Source of the DNA: Candidatus Bathyarchaeota archaeon
GTDB taxonomy: Archaea > Thermoproteota > Bathyarchaeia > Bathyarchaeales > Bathycorpusculaceae
Direction: 5' to 3'
NCBI GenBank assembly: GCA_963772455.1
Contig: CAVYXJ010000010.1
Location: 160,001 to 224,000, forward strand
Length of the DNA: 64,000 nt
The notes beneath the pieces were generated by a model. The model did no database searches and was not told where the DNA came from. It worked only from the letters and a program-made list of their open reading frames with translations. Both the position numbers and the translations under genes were made by a program. Positions 50,067 to 59,944 of this stretch are shown here, one piece after another. Positions within the stretch are counted from its first letter, which is position 1. Each line of letters begins with the position of its first letter.

Positions 50067-50805
50067 GTTGTGCTCTGTAGTCTCTAAGCATTTTCATATC
50101 CAGATCCGCGCTCAATATGGAGTCTTTGGGTGAGTCAGCAACTTCACCAAGAACACCCCAAGGTGCAATGATGGCACTTCGGCCTCCCCGCATATTTGAA
50201 CAAACATTCCCAACTTTAAGTATATAGAAACCAAAGTTTTTTGCAATCCCAACTGTAAGTGGGTGGCCTTGAACAGTTGGGTGGGTCCCCATAGCAGCCA
50301 CTGGTAACGAGACAATTTCTGCGCCCAGGGCTGCAACAGCCTTGACAACCTCAGGGTTGAAGGTGTCTGCACAAACTATCATTCCTAACTTGCCAAAATC
50401 AGTGTTTACAACCATTGGTAAGGATCCTTTGGTTACACCCGCTTCAATTTCAGCTTTTATTGGACTAATTTTCTTATATTTTGCCAACAATTCGCCATTT
50501 CTCCAAAGAGTGCTTGTATTATAGTATTTTTCACATTCTTCTTCCAAAACCGTTCCACCAAGAAGATAAATGCCGTTGATAGTCTTGGAGATTTCTTTAA
50601 GGAAAGCTATAGTTTTTGAAGCGGTTTGTTTGCTGATTTTTGGGGCGTTGGTGAAGTCTGCCATACAATTTGGAACCGTGAAGTACTCTGGTAGAGCAAT
50701 TAATGCTGGGTTTTGTTCTGCGGCTTTAAGGACCGCAGTTTTGGCTGCTGTTAGGTTGTCTTCAAGTGTGTCACGGATTTCCATGTGGAGTATGCTTACT
50801 TTCAT
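50053..50805 (-). CDS. Nitrilase-superfamily C-N hydrolase
   Basis: LPEYF, YNT, KYKKI, IVCAD (E-K-C triad), GRSAIIAPWG. Confidence 0.9.
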   Translation of the reverse strand: MKVSILHMEIRDTLEDNLTAAKTAVLKAAEQNPALIALPEYFTVPNCMADFTNAPKISKQTASKTIAFLKEISKTINGIYLLGGTVLEEECEKYYNTSTLWRNGELLAKYKKISPIKAEIEAGVTKGSLPMVVNTDFGKLGMIVCADTFNPEVVKAVAALGAEIVSLPVAAMGTHPTVQGHPLTVGIAKNFGFYILKVGNVCSNMRGGRSAIIAPWGVLGEVADSPKDSILSADLDMKMLRDYRAQLSKV

Positions 50806-51021
50806 GTTAGAGCCTCAATTTATCGGATTATGACTTTTGTTTTTGAACATTTAAACTTAGTTGATGGCTATGTTAATTGATCATTTTGAATTATGAGTAG
50901 CATTATGTTCAAAAAACATGGTTATTTCTGCACAAATGTTTATCAATTACCGTCTTTTATATGCACGCGGATAAACTTATATACTGCCTGAACGACAAAC
51001 TCAGTAATGCGAGGGACAGAA

Positions 51022-52005
51022 ATGACAATTAATGAAACAGAAGTTAACAAACTCTTGCCTGAAGTAAGAACTTTAATCAATAAAGTCGTCAAGAAAAACA
51101 TGGCAGATGGCTTCCTCTTTTCTGCTGGAACAGACACCCAAATAATCGCTTATGAAGCAGTCAAATACAACCCAGACATCCCATGCCTTACCTTAGCCTT
51201 CAAACATGGACAACCCAAAGACACCGAATACGTCAAAAAGATGGTTGAACTCCTACATCTAAAGCATGAAACCTACCAATTTGGCAAAGAAGACGTAATG
51301 AAATTTTTCCCCAAAGTTGTAGAAGCACTCAAAAAATATGACCCAATGGAAATTCGAAACAGTCTCCCCGTATACATAGGTTTAACCCTTCTAAAACCAA
51401 AGGGTATAAAGACAGTTTTCACAGGAGACGCATTAGACGAACTTTTCGGTTACCCATGGCAATTCCACCTCTCAGAAGAACAATTCGCAGTAAAGCAACA
51501 AGAGATGTGGGCAGAAATGGGCTTTTCATCATTCCCAATGGCGGAATCTTTAGGAATGCAAATCAAAGCACCCTACCGAGACCCAGAATTTATGGCTTGG
51601 GCAATGAAGCTACCAATCAAATACAAAATTAACATGAACAACGGCGTAAAATACGGAAAATGGATATTGCGCAAAGCCTACGAAGACGTCATACCTAAGG
51701 ATATCATCTGGAGACCCAAAGCACCACTCGAAGCAGGAACCGGAACAGAAACACTTCGAACATACTTCAACGACATGATAACTGACAAAGAGTTTAACGA
51801 GAAGAAAGAAGCAATCAAAACAGCAGACGATGTGGAAATTCAGGACAAAGAACAGCTTCTTTACTACGAGGTCTTCCGCAAGAAATTCGGCAAACCCAAA
51901 GATGTCTTCCCAAAGATTGAAGGCGGAGTTCAGTGCCCCAAGTGCCACAGTTACATCAAAACTAAAATCCAGTTCTGCAAAACCTGCGGAGCTTACCCCA
52001 TCTAA
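51022..52005 (+). CDS. Asparagine-synthase-like ATP-pyrophosphatase domain, no glutaminase, C-terminal Zn ribbon
   Basis: LFSAGTDT, TGDALDELFGY, APYRD, KWILRKA, WRPKAP, CPKC...FCKTCG. Confidence 0.82.
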   Translation: MTINETEVNKLLPEVRTLINKVVKKNMADGFLFSAGTDTQIIAYEAVKYNPDIPCLTLAFKHGQPKDTEYVKKMVELLHLKHETYQFGKEDVMKFFPKVVEALKKYDPMEIRNSLPVYIGLTLLKPKGIKTVFTGDALDELFGYPWQFHLSEEQFAVKQQEMWAEMGFSSFPMAESLGMQIKAPYRDPEFMAWAMKLPIKYKINMNNGVKYGKWILRKAYEDVIPKDIIWRPKAPLEAGTGTETLRTYFNDMITDKEFNEKKEAIKTADDVEIQDKEQLLYYEVFRKKFGKPKDVFPKIEGGVQCPKCHSYIKTKIQFCKTCGAYPI

Positions 52006-52105
52006 TTTTCTTTCTATTTTTTAATCTTTTGAATATAGCTAATTTTGGGAAAACCTTAATTCTTTAGTTTTATTATTTGTGAAAACTAAAGAGAGAGAAT
52101 AATAC

Positions 52106-53149
52106 TTGGCTAATCTATCACAACTCAAATTTGCAATGGCAACATCTATTTTCTTATCAGCCTTCATATTTGGACTTCTAGTATTTGTCATAGTATACTT
52201 CTTGCAGTTAGACGTTTTTTCCGGTTTACTCTTAGCTTTAGGCGGCTCAGCATTATTCATTTTGTTTCAGTATGCGGTCGGTCCAGCTATCGTGGCTGCA
52301 ACAACCCATCTGCATTATCTAAAGCCCGGTGAAAACCTATGGCTTGAATCCACTGTCAAGGAGTTAGCTGACAAAAGCGGTCTACCTATGCCCAAACTAG
52401 CTACAGTTCCAAATAATACGCCAAACGCATTTACTTTTGGACGAACCACCAGCAGTGCAACCTTGGCTGTGCATGAAGGTCTTCTAAGACAGCTAAACGA
52501 AAACGAGGTAAAAGGAGTCATAGCCCACGAGCTGGGTCACATAAAACATAAAGACTACATCGTCATGACGGTGCTCTCAGCGTTACCACTGATTGCTTAC
52601 TATATTGCCCAAATTACGCTATATGCTGGAGCCTTTAGTGGTGGACGTAGAAACAGCAAAGATAACTCAGGAGCAGCTATCATTGCTATTGGCGTAATAG
52701 CGTTCATAGTTTACATAATTACATTTTTGATCGTCATGCGCCTTAGCCGACTCCGAGAACATTACGCAGACGCTTATTCCGCTTATGTGACTAACTCTCC
52801 CCGAGAACTCGAAAGTGCATTAGCAAAGATCACGTACGGTCTTTCCATCTCTCCCAAAGCACCCGAGGGAGCAAGAGCATTTTATATCGAAGACCCAGGT
52901 CAAGCAAAACAAGAAGTCCAACAAATAATGGACAAGAAAGACGCATACGATTTAGACCATGATGGTGTTTTAGATGAGCGTGAGTTGCACCTGGCAATGG
53001 AAAAAGAATCAAAGAGCACATGGGTTCAAATGAACAGCCTCTTTGCAACTCATCCACCCACATTTAAGCGCATTTTACTCTTACGCGAGATTGAACAAGA
53101 AATGCAAACAGGACAATACAGTAACGACAAAATGTACACTCACGTGTAG
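52106..53149 (+). CDS. htpX: M48 zinc metalloprotease HtpX
   Basis: PNAFTFG, AHELGHIKH, SRLREHYAD, FATHPP. Confidence 0.93.
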   Translation: MANLSQLKFAMATSIFLSAFIFGLLVFVIVYFLQLDVFSGLLLALGGSALFILFQYAVGPAIVAATTHLHYLKPGENLWLESTVKELADKSGLPMPKLATVPNNTPNAFTFGRTTSSATLAVHEGLLRQLNENEVKGVIAHELGHIKHKDYIVMTVLSALPLIAYYIAQITLYAGAFSGGRRNSKDNSGAAIIAIGVIAFIVYIITFLIVMRLSRLREHYADAYSAYVTNSPRELESALAKITYGLSISPKAPEGARAFYIEDPGQAKQEVQQIMDKKDAYDLDHDGVLDERELHLAMEKESKSTWVQMNSLFATHPPTFKRILLLREIEQEMQTGQYSNDKMYTHV

Positions 53150-53244
53150 AAAACCAGTTTTTTGGTTAAAATTGTTGAAAACTATGCGAAGACTAATATC
53201 TCTGCGGAATCGATTTACTATAAAACTTCCCTGAGCGAGAAATA

Positions 53245-53454
53245 ATGTCAACGACCTATTGTCCTGAATGCGGCGGAGAATGCCATTACATGATAGGCAC
53301 CAAACTCTATGTCTGCAAAAGCTGCGGTTTATCAGTAACTCAACAAGAACTCATGGATTTGCGAGAAAAAAACAGACCAAAACGAGAAACTGAGGACGAC
53401 GAACGAGAGAACCGCAGAAAAGACTACCTTAAATGGTGGCTAAGCAAGAAATAG
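53245..53454 (+). CDS. Small Zn-ribbon protein
   Basis: CPECGG...YVCKSCG, DYLKWWLSKK. Confidence 0.75.
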   Translation: MSTTYCPECGGECHYMIGTKLYVCKSCGLSVTQQELMDLREKNRPKRETEDDERENRRKDYLKWWLSKK

Positions 53455-53599
53455 ATTTGATTGGAAAAGAAAGCGACTCTTCTTGTTAGCCTTGACTCTG
53501 TTTATTAATTTTTTCAAAGTCATTATCAGATTAATAGCATAAATCAAGCAAACTGTATAAAAGAAAACAACAATAATTTTACAATTAAGGAAATCTATC

Positions 53600-54424
53600 A
53601 TGAAAGTAGACATTGAAATCATCTGCATTGGTAATGAACTCCTTATCGGAAAAGTAAAAGACACAAACGCATACTACCTATCCAAACAAGCCACTAAACT
53701 TGGTGCAAACGTTAAACGCGTAACTCTAATTCAAGATACGCTAGAAGAAATATCCAGTGCCATCCGCGAAGCGATTGCACGAAAACCCCGGTTCATAATC
53801 ACCACAGGAGGGTTAGGACCTACTTTCGATGACAAAACCCTTCAAGGTCTTGCCAAAGCATTAAACCGCAAACTAGAAGTAAACTCAAAAGCATTAGAGA
53901 TTGTTAAACAAAAATGCTTAGAATACGCAAGAAAACGTCAATTGTCAACAGAAATAGAATTGACTCTACCAAGAGTTAAAATGGCGACCCTACCAGAGAA
54001 AACTGAGGTTGTGAACAATCCTGTTGGGACTGCACCTGGAGTAAGTGTTGAGGTGCAGGGAACTGTTTTGTTTGCCCTTCCCGGTGTACCTGTTGAGACG
54101 GAAGCGATTTTTAATGAAACCATTACCCCACTAATCAAACAAGCAGTAGGTAGCAATGTGTTTTGTGAGCGAAGCATTTTTGCCGATAACATAATTGAGT
54201 CACGTTTAGCTCCATTAATTGACAAAGTAATGGTCGATAATGTTGAAGTCTATGTTAAGTCACATCCGATGCGTTCGGAAAATAAACCTCACGTTGAACT
54301 TCATCTGACAATTATAGCGAGTCAAGAACAGAAGCCCGCTGAAAAACTCGCTAAAGCCGCCAAAGAACTTACCAGTTTAATCGAGGCAAATGATGGATTA
54401 GTCATTGTTGATGTAGAGGAGTAA
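53600..54424 (+). CDS. CinA N-terminal / MoCF-binding domain protein
   Basis: IGNELLIG..DTN, TTGGLGPTFDD, NPVGTAPG, LPGVP. Confidence 0.9.
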   Translation: MKVDIEIICIGNELLIGKVKDTNAYYLSKQATKLGANVKRVTLIQDTLEEISSAIREAIARKPRFIITTGGLGPTFDDKTLQGLAKALNRKLEVNSKALEIVKQKCLEYARKRQLSTEIELTLPRVKMATLPEKTEVVNNPVGTAPGVSVEVQGTVLFALPGVPVETEAIFNETITPLIKQAVGSNVFCERSIFADNIIESRLAPLIDKVMVDNVEVYVKSHPMRSENKPHVELHLTIIASQEQKPAEKLAKAAKELTSLIEANDGLVIVDVEE

Positions 54425-54489
54425 TTTAGGTAAGAACTTTAACTAAAGTTTGAAAACAAAATAAAATAAAAAGTTAAGAAAAGGAAAAA

Positions 54490-55668
54490 TTAGGCTTTTT
54501 TGGCATTCTCAAGTTCTTTCTTGAGCAGCTCAGCTTTGTCAGTTTTTTCCCATGGAAAATCTGCATCTTCTCTTCCAAAGTGACCGAACACTGCTGTTTT
54601 CTTGTAAATGGGTCTAAGTAAGTTTAACTGGTCGATGATTGCTTTAGGTCTCATGTCGAAATATTTTATTACTAATTCCAAGATTTTTTCGTCAGATAGT
54701 TTGCCTGTTTCGTAAGTGTTTACTAGTACTGAGATTGGTTTTGCGACGCCGATAGCGTAGGAAATTTGAACTTCGCATTGATCAGCGAGGCCTGAGGCAA
54801 CTACGTTTTTGGCTATGTATCTTGCCATATAGCATCCTGAGCGGTCTACTTTTGATGGGTCTTTGCCGCTGAAACATCCGCCGCCATGGCTTCCAACTCC
54901 GCCGTATGTGTCGACGATGATTTTTCTTCCTGTTAATCCTGAATCAGCTAATGTTCCGCCGATAACAAATCTGCCTGTTCCATTGATTACATAATTTATA
55001 TCTGGCGCCATCATTTCAGCCGGGATGACGTTTTTAATTACTTTTTCAATTATATCATTTTTTAAGGTTTTATCATCAACAGTTCCATTGTTTTGAGCTG
55101 CAATTACTACTGTTTTGACACATTTTGGTTTGCAACAGTCGTATTCGACTGTAACTTGTGACTTGCAATCTGGGCGTAGATATGGCATGATTTTTGTTTT
55201 TCTGCATTCAGCTAAACGTTTAACAAGTTTTTGAGCCAACATGATTGGCAAAGGCATAAGCTCTTTTGTTTCATTGGATGCATAGCCGAACACCATTCCT
55301 TGATCACCGGCACCTTGTTCATGGCCTTTGGATTCGGTTACTCCCATAGAAATGTCCGGAGACTGTTCAGTTAATGAAACTAAAACGCCGCATGTTTCCC
55401 AGTCTAAGCCATCTTTTGCGTTGTCGAAACCAATTTCTTTGAGTGTTTGGCGAACAATTTTTGGGATGTTAACGTAGGAGCATGTTGTAATTTGACCCGT
55501 AATCATTACGGTTCCCTGCATAACAAGAGTTTCGCAGTCAACTCTTGCTTTTGGATCGCAAGTGAATATTGCGTCTAAAACGCTATCGGATATTTGGTCT
55601 GCAACTTTATCTGGGTGACCCTCTCCAACTGACTCGGATGTAAACAAATATTTACCGTTTTTTTTCAT
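54490..55668 (-). CDS. metK: S-adenosylmethionine synthetase, bacterial/eukaryotic type
   Basis: [54 protein letters not shown]. Confidence 0.97.
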   Translation of the reverse strand: MKKNGKYLFTSESVGEGHPDKVADQISDSVLDAIFTCDPKARVDCETLVMQGTVMITGQITTCSYVNIPKIVRQTLKEIGFDNAKDGLDWETCGVLVSLTEQSPDISMGVTESKGHEQGAGDQGMVFGYASNETKELMPLPIMLAQKLVKRLAECRKTKIMPYLRPDCKSQVTVEYDCCKPKCVKTVVIAAQNNGTVDDKTLKNDIIEKVIKNVIPAEMMAPDINYVINGTGRFVIGGTLADSGLTGRKIIVDTYGGVGSHGGGCFSGKDPSKVDRSGCYMARYIAKNVVASGLADQCEVQISYAIGVAKPISVLVNTYETGKLSDEKILELVIKYFDMRPKAIIDQLNLLRPIYKKTAVFGHFGREDADFPWEKTDKAELLKKELENAKKA

Positions 55669-55830
55669 TGGAATCTCTTCCTTCTAAACGTGTGTTAGCC
55701 ATAGTAACCTGCTTTTTTTCTTAAAAGGCTTTCGACAATATAAGCAATTAATCAATAGATAATTGCTCACCAAAGGGTTTGCAGAAACAATTTTAGATTC
55801 CGTTGACACACAAACCTCCAGAGGGATTAT

Positions 55831-56208
55831 GTGAAAAAATTTGTAATAACCTCGAATGCACCAAAACCAATTGGACCATACAGTCAAGCTATTGAAGCTG
55901 GAAATTTTCTGTATGTTTCTGGACAGTTAGCAATTGACCCAAAAGAAGGCAAAATAATTGTTGAGAATATCCAGCTCCAAACACGTCAAGTTATGGAAAA
56001 CATTAAAGCAATCTTGCAAGCAGCTGGGTATAGTCTAAAAGAGGTAGTTCAATCTACTGTGTATCTGTCTTCGATGGCATTGTTTAAGGAATTTAACAAC
56101 GAATATACGAACTACTTTGAATCAGATTATCCTGCTCGAGCAACAGTTGGTGCAGAACTTAAGGCAGGCGCACTTGTTGAAATTTCAGTCATCGCTTACA
56201 AGGACTGA
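55831..56208 (+). CDS. ridA: RidA/YjgF enamine deaminase
   Basis: APKPIGPYSQA, VSGQL, YPARATV, VEI. Confidence 0.92.
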   Translation: MKKFVITSNAPKPIGPYSQAIEAGNFLYVSGQLAIDPKEGKIIVENIQLQTRQVMENIKAILQAAGYSLKEVVQSTVYLSSMALFKEFNNEYTNYFESDYPARATVGAELKAGALVEISVIAYKD

Positions 56209-56267
56209 TTGCACTTCCTTTAAGAAGTTATAAAAACCAGTCAACGCTTAGTACAAATAGACAAGAC

Positions 56268-56894
56268 ATGGCTGCATCACTCAAGAAATTCATGCAACAA
56301 ATCGCTGGAAAAAAAGCTCCAGGACCATCAACATCATTCACAATATTCCATGTCTTCTATGCATTGGAGCTTATGGCACAAAAGCCACTTGGTAGAAATA
56401 AATTAGCGGAAAAACTTAACGTTGGAGATGGTGCTGTTCGTACAATTATTAGCAGACTCAGAGAAGCAGATCTTATTGAAACCTCAAAAGAAGGATGCAA
56501 CCTTACAAAAAAAGGCATAGAAATTTGGAAGCAATTTGAAGAAATTTTTCCAAAAAGAATCGAAATTCCACACTCAGAGCTGGCTGCATCTGAATTTAAT
56601 TTTGCTTTCTTAGTCAAGAATAGCGGACAGAAAGTTGGATCTGGAATTGACCAACGTGACGCTGCTATTATTGCTGGTGCACGCAAAGCCTTAGTAATTG
56701 TTTACCAGAATGGACATTTAATCATCGAGTCCGTAAGTGACTGTATTGAGCAAAAGTATCCTAAGGCCTCGAATTTAATTCTTAAAGAGTTAAACCCAAA
56801 TGACAACGATGTTATCATTATTGCTGGTGCTGAATCTATTTTGAAAGCTAAACGTGGAGCGTTTGCGGCAAGCTGGTCGCTAGTACAAGTTTAA
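56268..56894 (+). CDS. Winged-HTH protein (DUF4443-like)
   Basis: GRNKLAEKLNVGDGAVRTII, GIDQRDAAIIAGA. Confidence 0.75.
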   Translation: MAASLKKFMQQIAGKKAPGPSTSFTIFHVFYALELMAQKPLGRNKLAEKLNVGDGAVRTIISRLREADLIETSKEGCNLTKKGIEIWKQFEEIFPKRIEIPHSELAASEFNFAFLVKNSGQKVGSGIDQRDAAIIAGARKALVIVYQNGHLIIESVSDCIEQKYPKASNLILKELNPNDNDVIIIAGAESILKAKRGAFAASWSLVQV

Positions 56895-57652
56895 GTTGTA
56901 TATTTTTCTCCTTCGTTCAAAATTCGTTCAAGTAATGTGTTAACGTTGACCATGCCTTCGTTTGTTTTGGAAGAAACGGGCATTAATAGGAATTGTAAGC
57001 CCAATTTGTTGATTGCTTGCATCATGTTTCGACTGAAAAGTCGTTTTGTTCCTTCAAGCTTTTGTTCTATTGCATCTTCAAGAGCGTTGGTGTTTGCTGA
57101 CCAATTTGCTATTGCTTGTACATCCTTCTTTGGCACTAAATCGCTCTTTGAAAGCAGATGAACCTGCGGCTGGAAAAACCTGTTATATACTGCTGCAGCC
57201 AAGAACATGTTTGAAACATAATTTAATGGATTAATTGAAAAGACAGCGTCGAAGAGGTAGATTAGGGCTTTTGGCTCTTTTGTTAATTCATCAACGATGT
57301 ATGGTCCACTTGCGCGGAAAGCAAAAAGTTCCATTTGACCGGGAGTGTCTACAAGGACGAAGTCGGCGTGAGCGTCATCGATGTCTCTTGTTAAATTTTC
57401 TATTTCATCCGCAATCAAGTCAGCAGCCATAATCATGGCGCCATTGGGACCTAAACTGTATTTATCCATAATGTCATCAACATTAACATAGTTGCGCACA
57501 TCAACGTCCGGCTGATAGGGTAACTTTAGCGCACCAGGATCCAAATTAACAACGGCCACATCCTGTTTTGACATTTTTAGCCATTCGGCAAACGCAGCTG
57601 TGAAAAGGGATTTGCCTGAACCAGCAGTCCCAATAATAAATGCTAAAGGCAC
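56891..57652 (-). CDS. GPN-loop GTPase
   Basis: GTAGSGKS, VNLDPG, LGPNGA, DTPGQMELF. Confidence 0.93.
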   Translation of the reverse strand: MPLAFIIGTAGSGKSLFTAAFAEWLKMSKQDVAVVNLDPGALKLPYQPDVDVRNYVNVDDIMDKYSLGPNGAMIMAADLIADEIENLTRDIDDAHADFVLVDTPGQMELFAFRASGPYIVDELTKEPKALIYLFDAVFSINPLNYVSNMFLAAAVYNRFFQPQVHLLSKSDLVPKKDVQAIANWSANTNALEDAIEQKLEGTKRLFSRNMMQAINKLGLQFLLMPVSSKTNEGMVNVNTLLERILNEGEKYTT

Positions 57653-58110
57653 GATTTTATCTCCGCTTACGAGTGAACTGCGTTGGAAATAATAACCTTT
57701 CTACTTAGTGCCTTAGTCATTTTAGGAGCATATGCTCTTTTTATTTTTACTTGGATGTGCGGTTATTGTGGTCCCAAATTATTTCTTGAGAAAATTCTCA
57801 TAAAAAGATTCGCTGATACTGCTCGCTTGATTCAATTCTTTAGTCAATAAATATTGACTTGTTTTTAGTCAAGAAATCCTTACGAGAACCCTTTAATCCG
57901 CAAAACCCGGATTTTAAGTAGGGATTGGATATGGACTACATTAATGAAATATCCGATTTGAACCATAAACTGATTTTCCCTGACTTATACCTAAAGTTGA
58001 ATGTATCTTCTTGCGCTGAAGTAGCAAGGAGCTCTAGGCAAGAGTTCATTGTTAAGCAAATTACCGTTACTATTGAAAAGGCGAAACCTATTGCAAAGGG
58101 GCAGGGTTAA

Positions 58111-59214
58111 GTGGCGAAGCTCAATCAACTCAGAGGGCGCGCCGTTAACGTTGATCTAATTCGAACAATAGCTATGGTGGGAGTTCTCCTGCTTCATGCT
58201 TCAGGTCGATTCTCAATAACTCCTAATGAACTCAATCAACTGACTCCAGTAGAATTTGCCCGTTGGGGCGTCGTTGATATTTACCAAAGTGTAGCAGTTC
58301 CTCTGGGTGTTCCATTATTTTTAATGCTCAGTGGAGCACTTTTGTTGCAGCCTTCAAAAACTGATGAAAGCCTCCGAGTCTTCTTTAAGAAACGATGGGT
58401 AAGAATAGGTTTGCCCACTTTTTTTTGGGGCGTCGCCTATTTTGCGTGGGACTTCTTAGTACAAAAAATACCGTTTTCTGAAGCCGCAATTATCCAAGGC
58501 ATACTCAATGGTCCTTACACTCAGTTGTGGTACCTCTATGTGCTCGTTGGCCTTTATCTTCTGACTCCGCTCCTACGCGTAATTATAGCTCATGCAGATG
58601 AGAGTTTGATAAAATACTTTGTAATACTGTGGGTCGTTGGGGTAGCTGTCATACCTTTCTTCAGTTTATTTACATCATACCAGTTGAATAGTAATGTCTT
58701 TGTGATTTCAGGATATGCGGGATTCTTCGTTTTAGGCACATACCTATCAACAGTTCAAATACGTCGCAAAACTCTCTCGATTCTTATTATTCTTGGGATT
58801 GGTTTGACTGCGGTTGCAACCTACGTGTTAGCTGCGACTGTTGGAGGCAAGGAAATGTATTTCTTTCAACAATATTTTAGCCCCACAGTCATTTTAGCCT
58901 CAGTTATGTTGTTTCTGCTATTATTCACAGTGAAGCCTCCAGTCGTTCAGAAAGAAAATGAGAACCGCCCTGTCAAAGTCTCTGGAAGCAGTAGACTAAT
59001 TCAACTTATCAGCCAAAACACTTTAGGTATATTCTTCATCCACGTCATGATAATTGAATCTATTCAACTTGGCTACTTCGGTTTCTCGATTAACCGTAAC
59101 ATACTAGATCCAATCATTGAAATCCCATTATTGACAGCAATCGTATTGCTTGTTTCGCTTGCAATAATTCTTTTACTAAAAAAGATACCATATCTAAAGA
59201 GACTGATTGATTGA
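58111..59214 (+). CDS. Acyltransferase-3 family membrane protein
   Basis: DLIRTIAMVGVLLLH, VPLFLMLSGALLL, LWYLY, GIFFIH. Confidence 0.9.
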   Translation: MAKLNQLRGRAVNVDLIRTIAMVGVLLLHASGRFSITPNELNQLTPVEFARWGVVDIYQSVAVPLGVPLFLMLSGALLLQPSKTDESLRVFFKKRWVRIGLPTFFWGVAYFAWDFLVQKIPFSEAAIIQGILNGPYTQLWYLYVLVGLYLLTPLLRVIIAHADESLIKYFVILWVVGVAVIPFFSLFTSYQLNSNVFVISGYAGFFVLGTYLSTVQIRRKTLSILIILGIGLTAVATYVLAATVGGKEMYFFQQYFSPTVILASVMLFLLLFTVKPPVVQKENENRPVKVSGSSRLIQLISQNTLGIFFIHVMIIESIQLGYFGFSINRNILDPIIEIPLLTAIVLLVSLAIILLLKKIPYLKRLID

Positions 59215-59930
59215 AGACCCAGATTATTAAAAAACGAAAATTTCTGGTAATTGGCTTAGCAATCCTGTTCGTATTGTCAGGAATAACAGTGCACTTCATT
59301 TTGGACAACGCAAACAAAAACTCAGTTGCTCTCCGTGTTGCTTGTGTCGGCGACAGCCTCACACAGTCAACCGCTTATCCATATGACCTCTGGATGCTTC
59401 TTGGCAACACTGATTTTACTGTTCGCAACTTTGGCGCGGGCTCCACAACTGTTTTGCTTAATTCTGAGACGCCATACATGAAAACAAACATTTTTCAAAA
59501 TGCCTTGGAATTTCAACCTAACATAATAATCATTATGCTGGGAACCAACGATGCTCAACCAAGCCTTCACCGATACAATACAAGTTTCGTGGATGACTAT
59601 GTGAAGTTGGTTGCCGCTTTCCAAGGGCTTTCAAGTAAACCAAAAATATGGATTGTCCTGCCACCGCCAATTTTCAGCAATCAAGATAACAAAATCGATC
59701 AAGAATACTTCAAACTTACAATAATTCCAGCCATCGAACAGGTAGCACGTGAGACTAATTTGCCAATCGTCGATGTTTATTCAGCTTTGATCAGCCACCC
59801 TAATTTTTTTTCTGATGGTTTACACGTTAATAGCGAGGGTGCAAAATTAATTGCTGACCAGATATACAAGGCTATATTCCCAGTAACCCAACGAGAAGAT
59901 CAATTTATAGGTCAAACGGAAAAGAAGTAA
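59211..59930 (+). CDS. Membrane-anchored SGNH/GDSL esterase
   Basis: N-terminal TM, VGDSLT, LGTNDA, DGLH; TTGA overlap with acyltransferase. Confidence 0.9.
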   Translation: MKTQIIKKRKFLVIGLAILFVLSGITVHFILDNANKNSVALRVACVGDSLTQSTAYPYDLWMLLGNTDFTVRNFGAGSTTVLLNSETPYMKTNIFQNALEFQPNIIIIMLGTNDAQPSLHRYNTSFVDDYVKLVAAFQGLSSKPKIWIVLPPPIFSNQDNKIDQEYFKLTIIPAIEQVARETNLPIVDVYSALISHPNFFSDGLHVNSEGAKLIADQIYKAIFPVTQREDQFIGQTEKK

Positions 59931-59944
59931 AAGAAAAAGTTGAG

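Noticed and set aside
58075-58140. GGCGAAACC...GCAAAG resembling a c-di-GMP-I riboswitch
   Set aside because: Stems and the P2 consensus cannot be built; it overlaps the CDS start.
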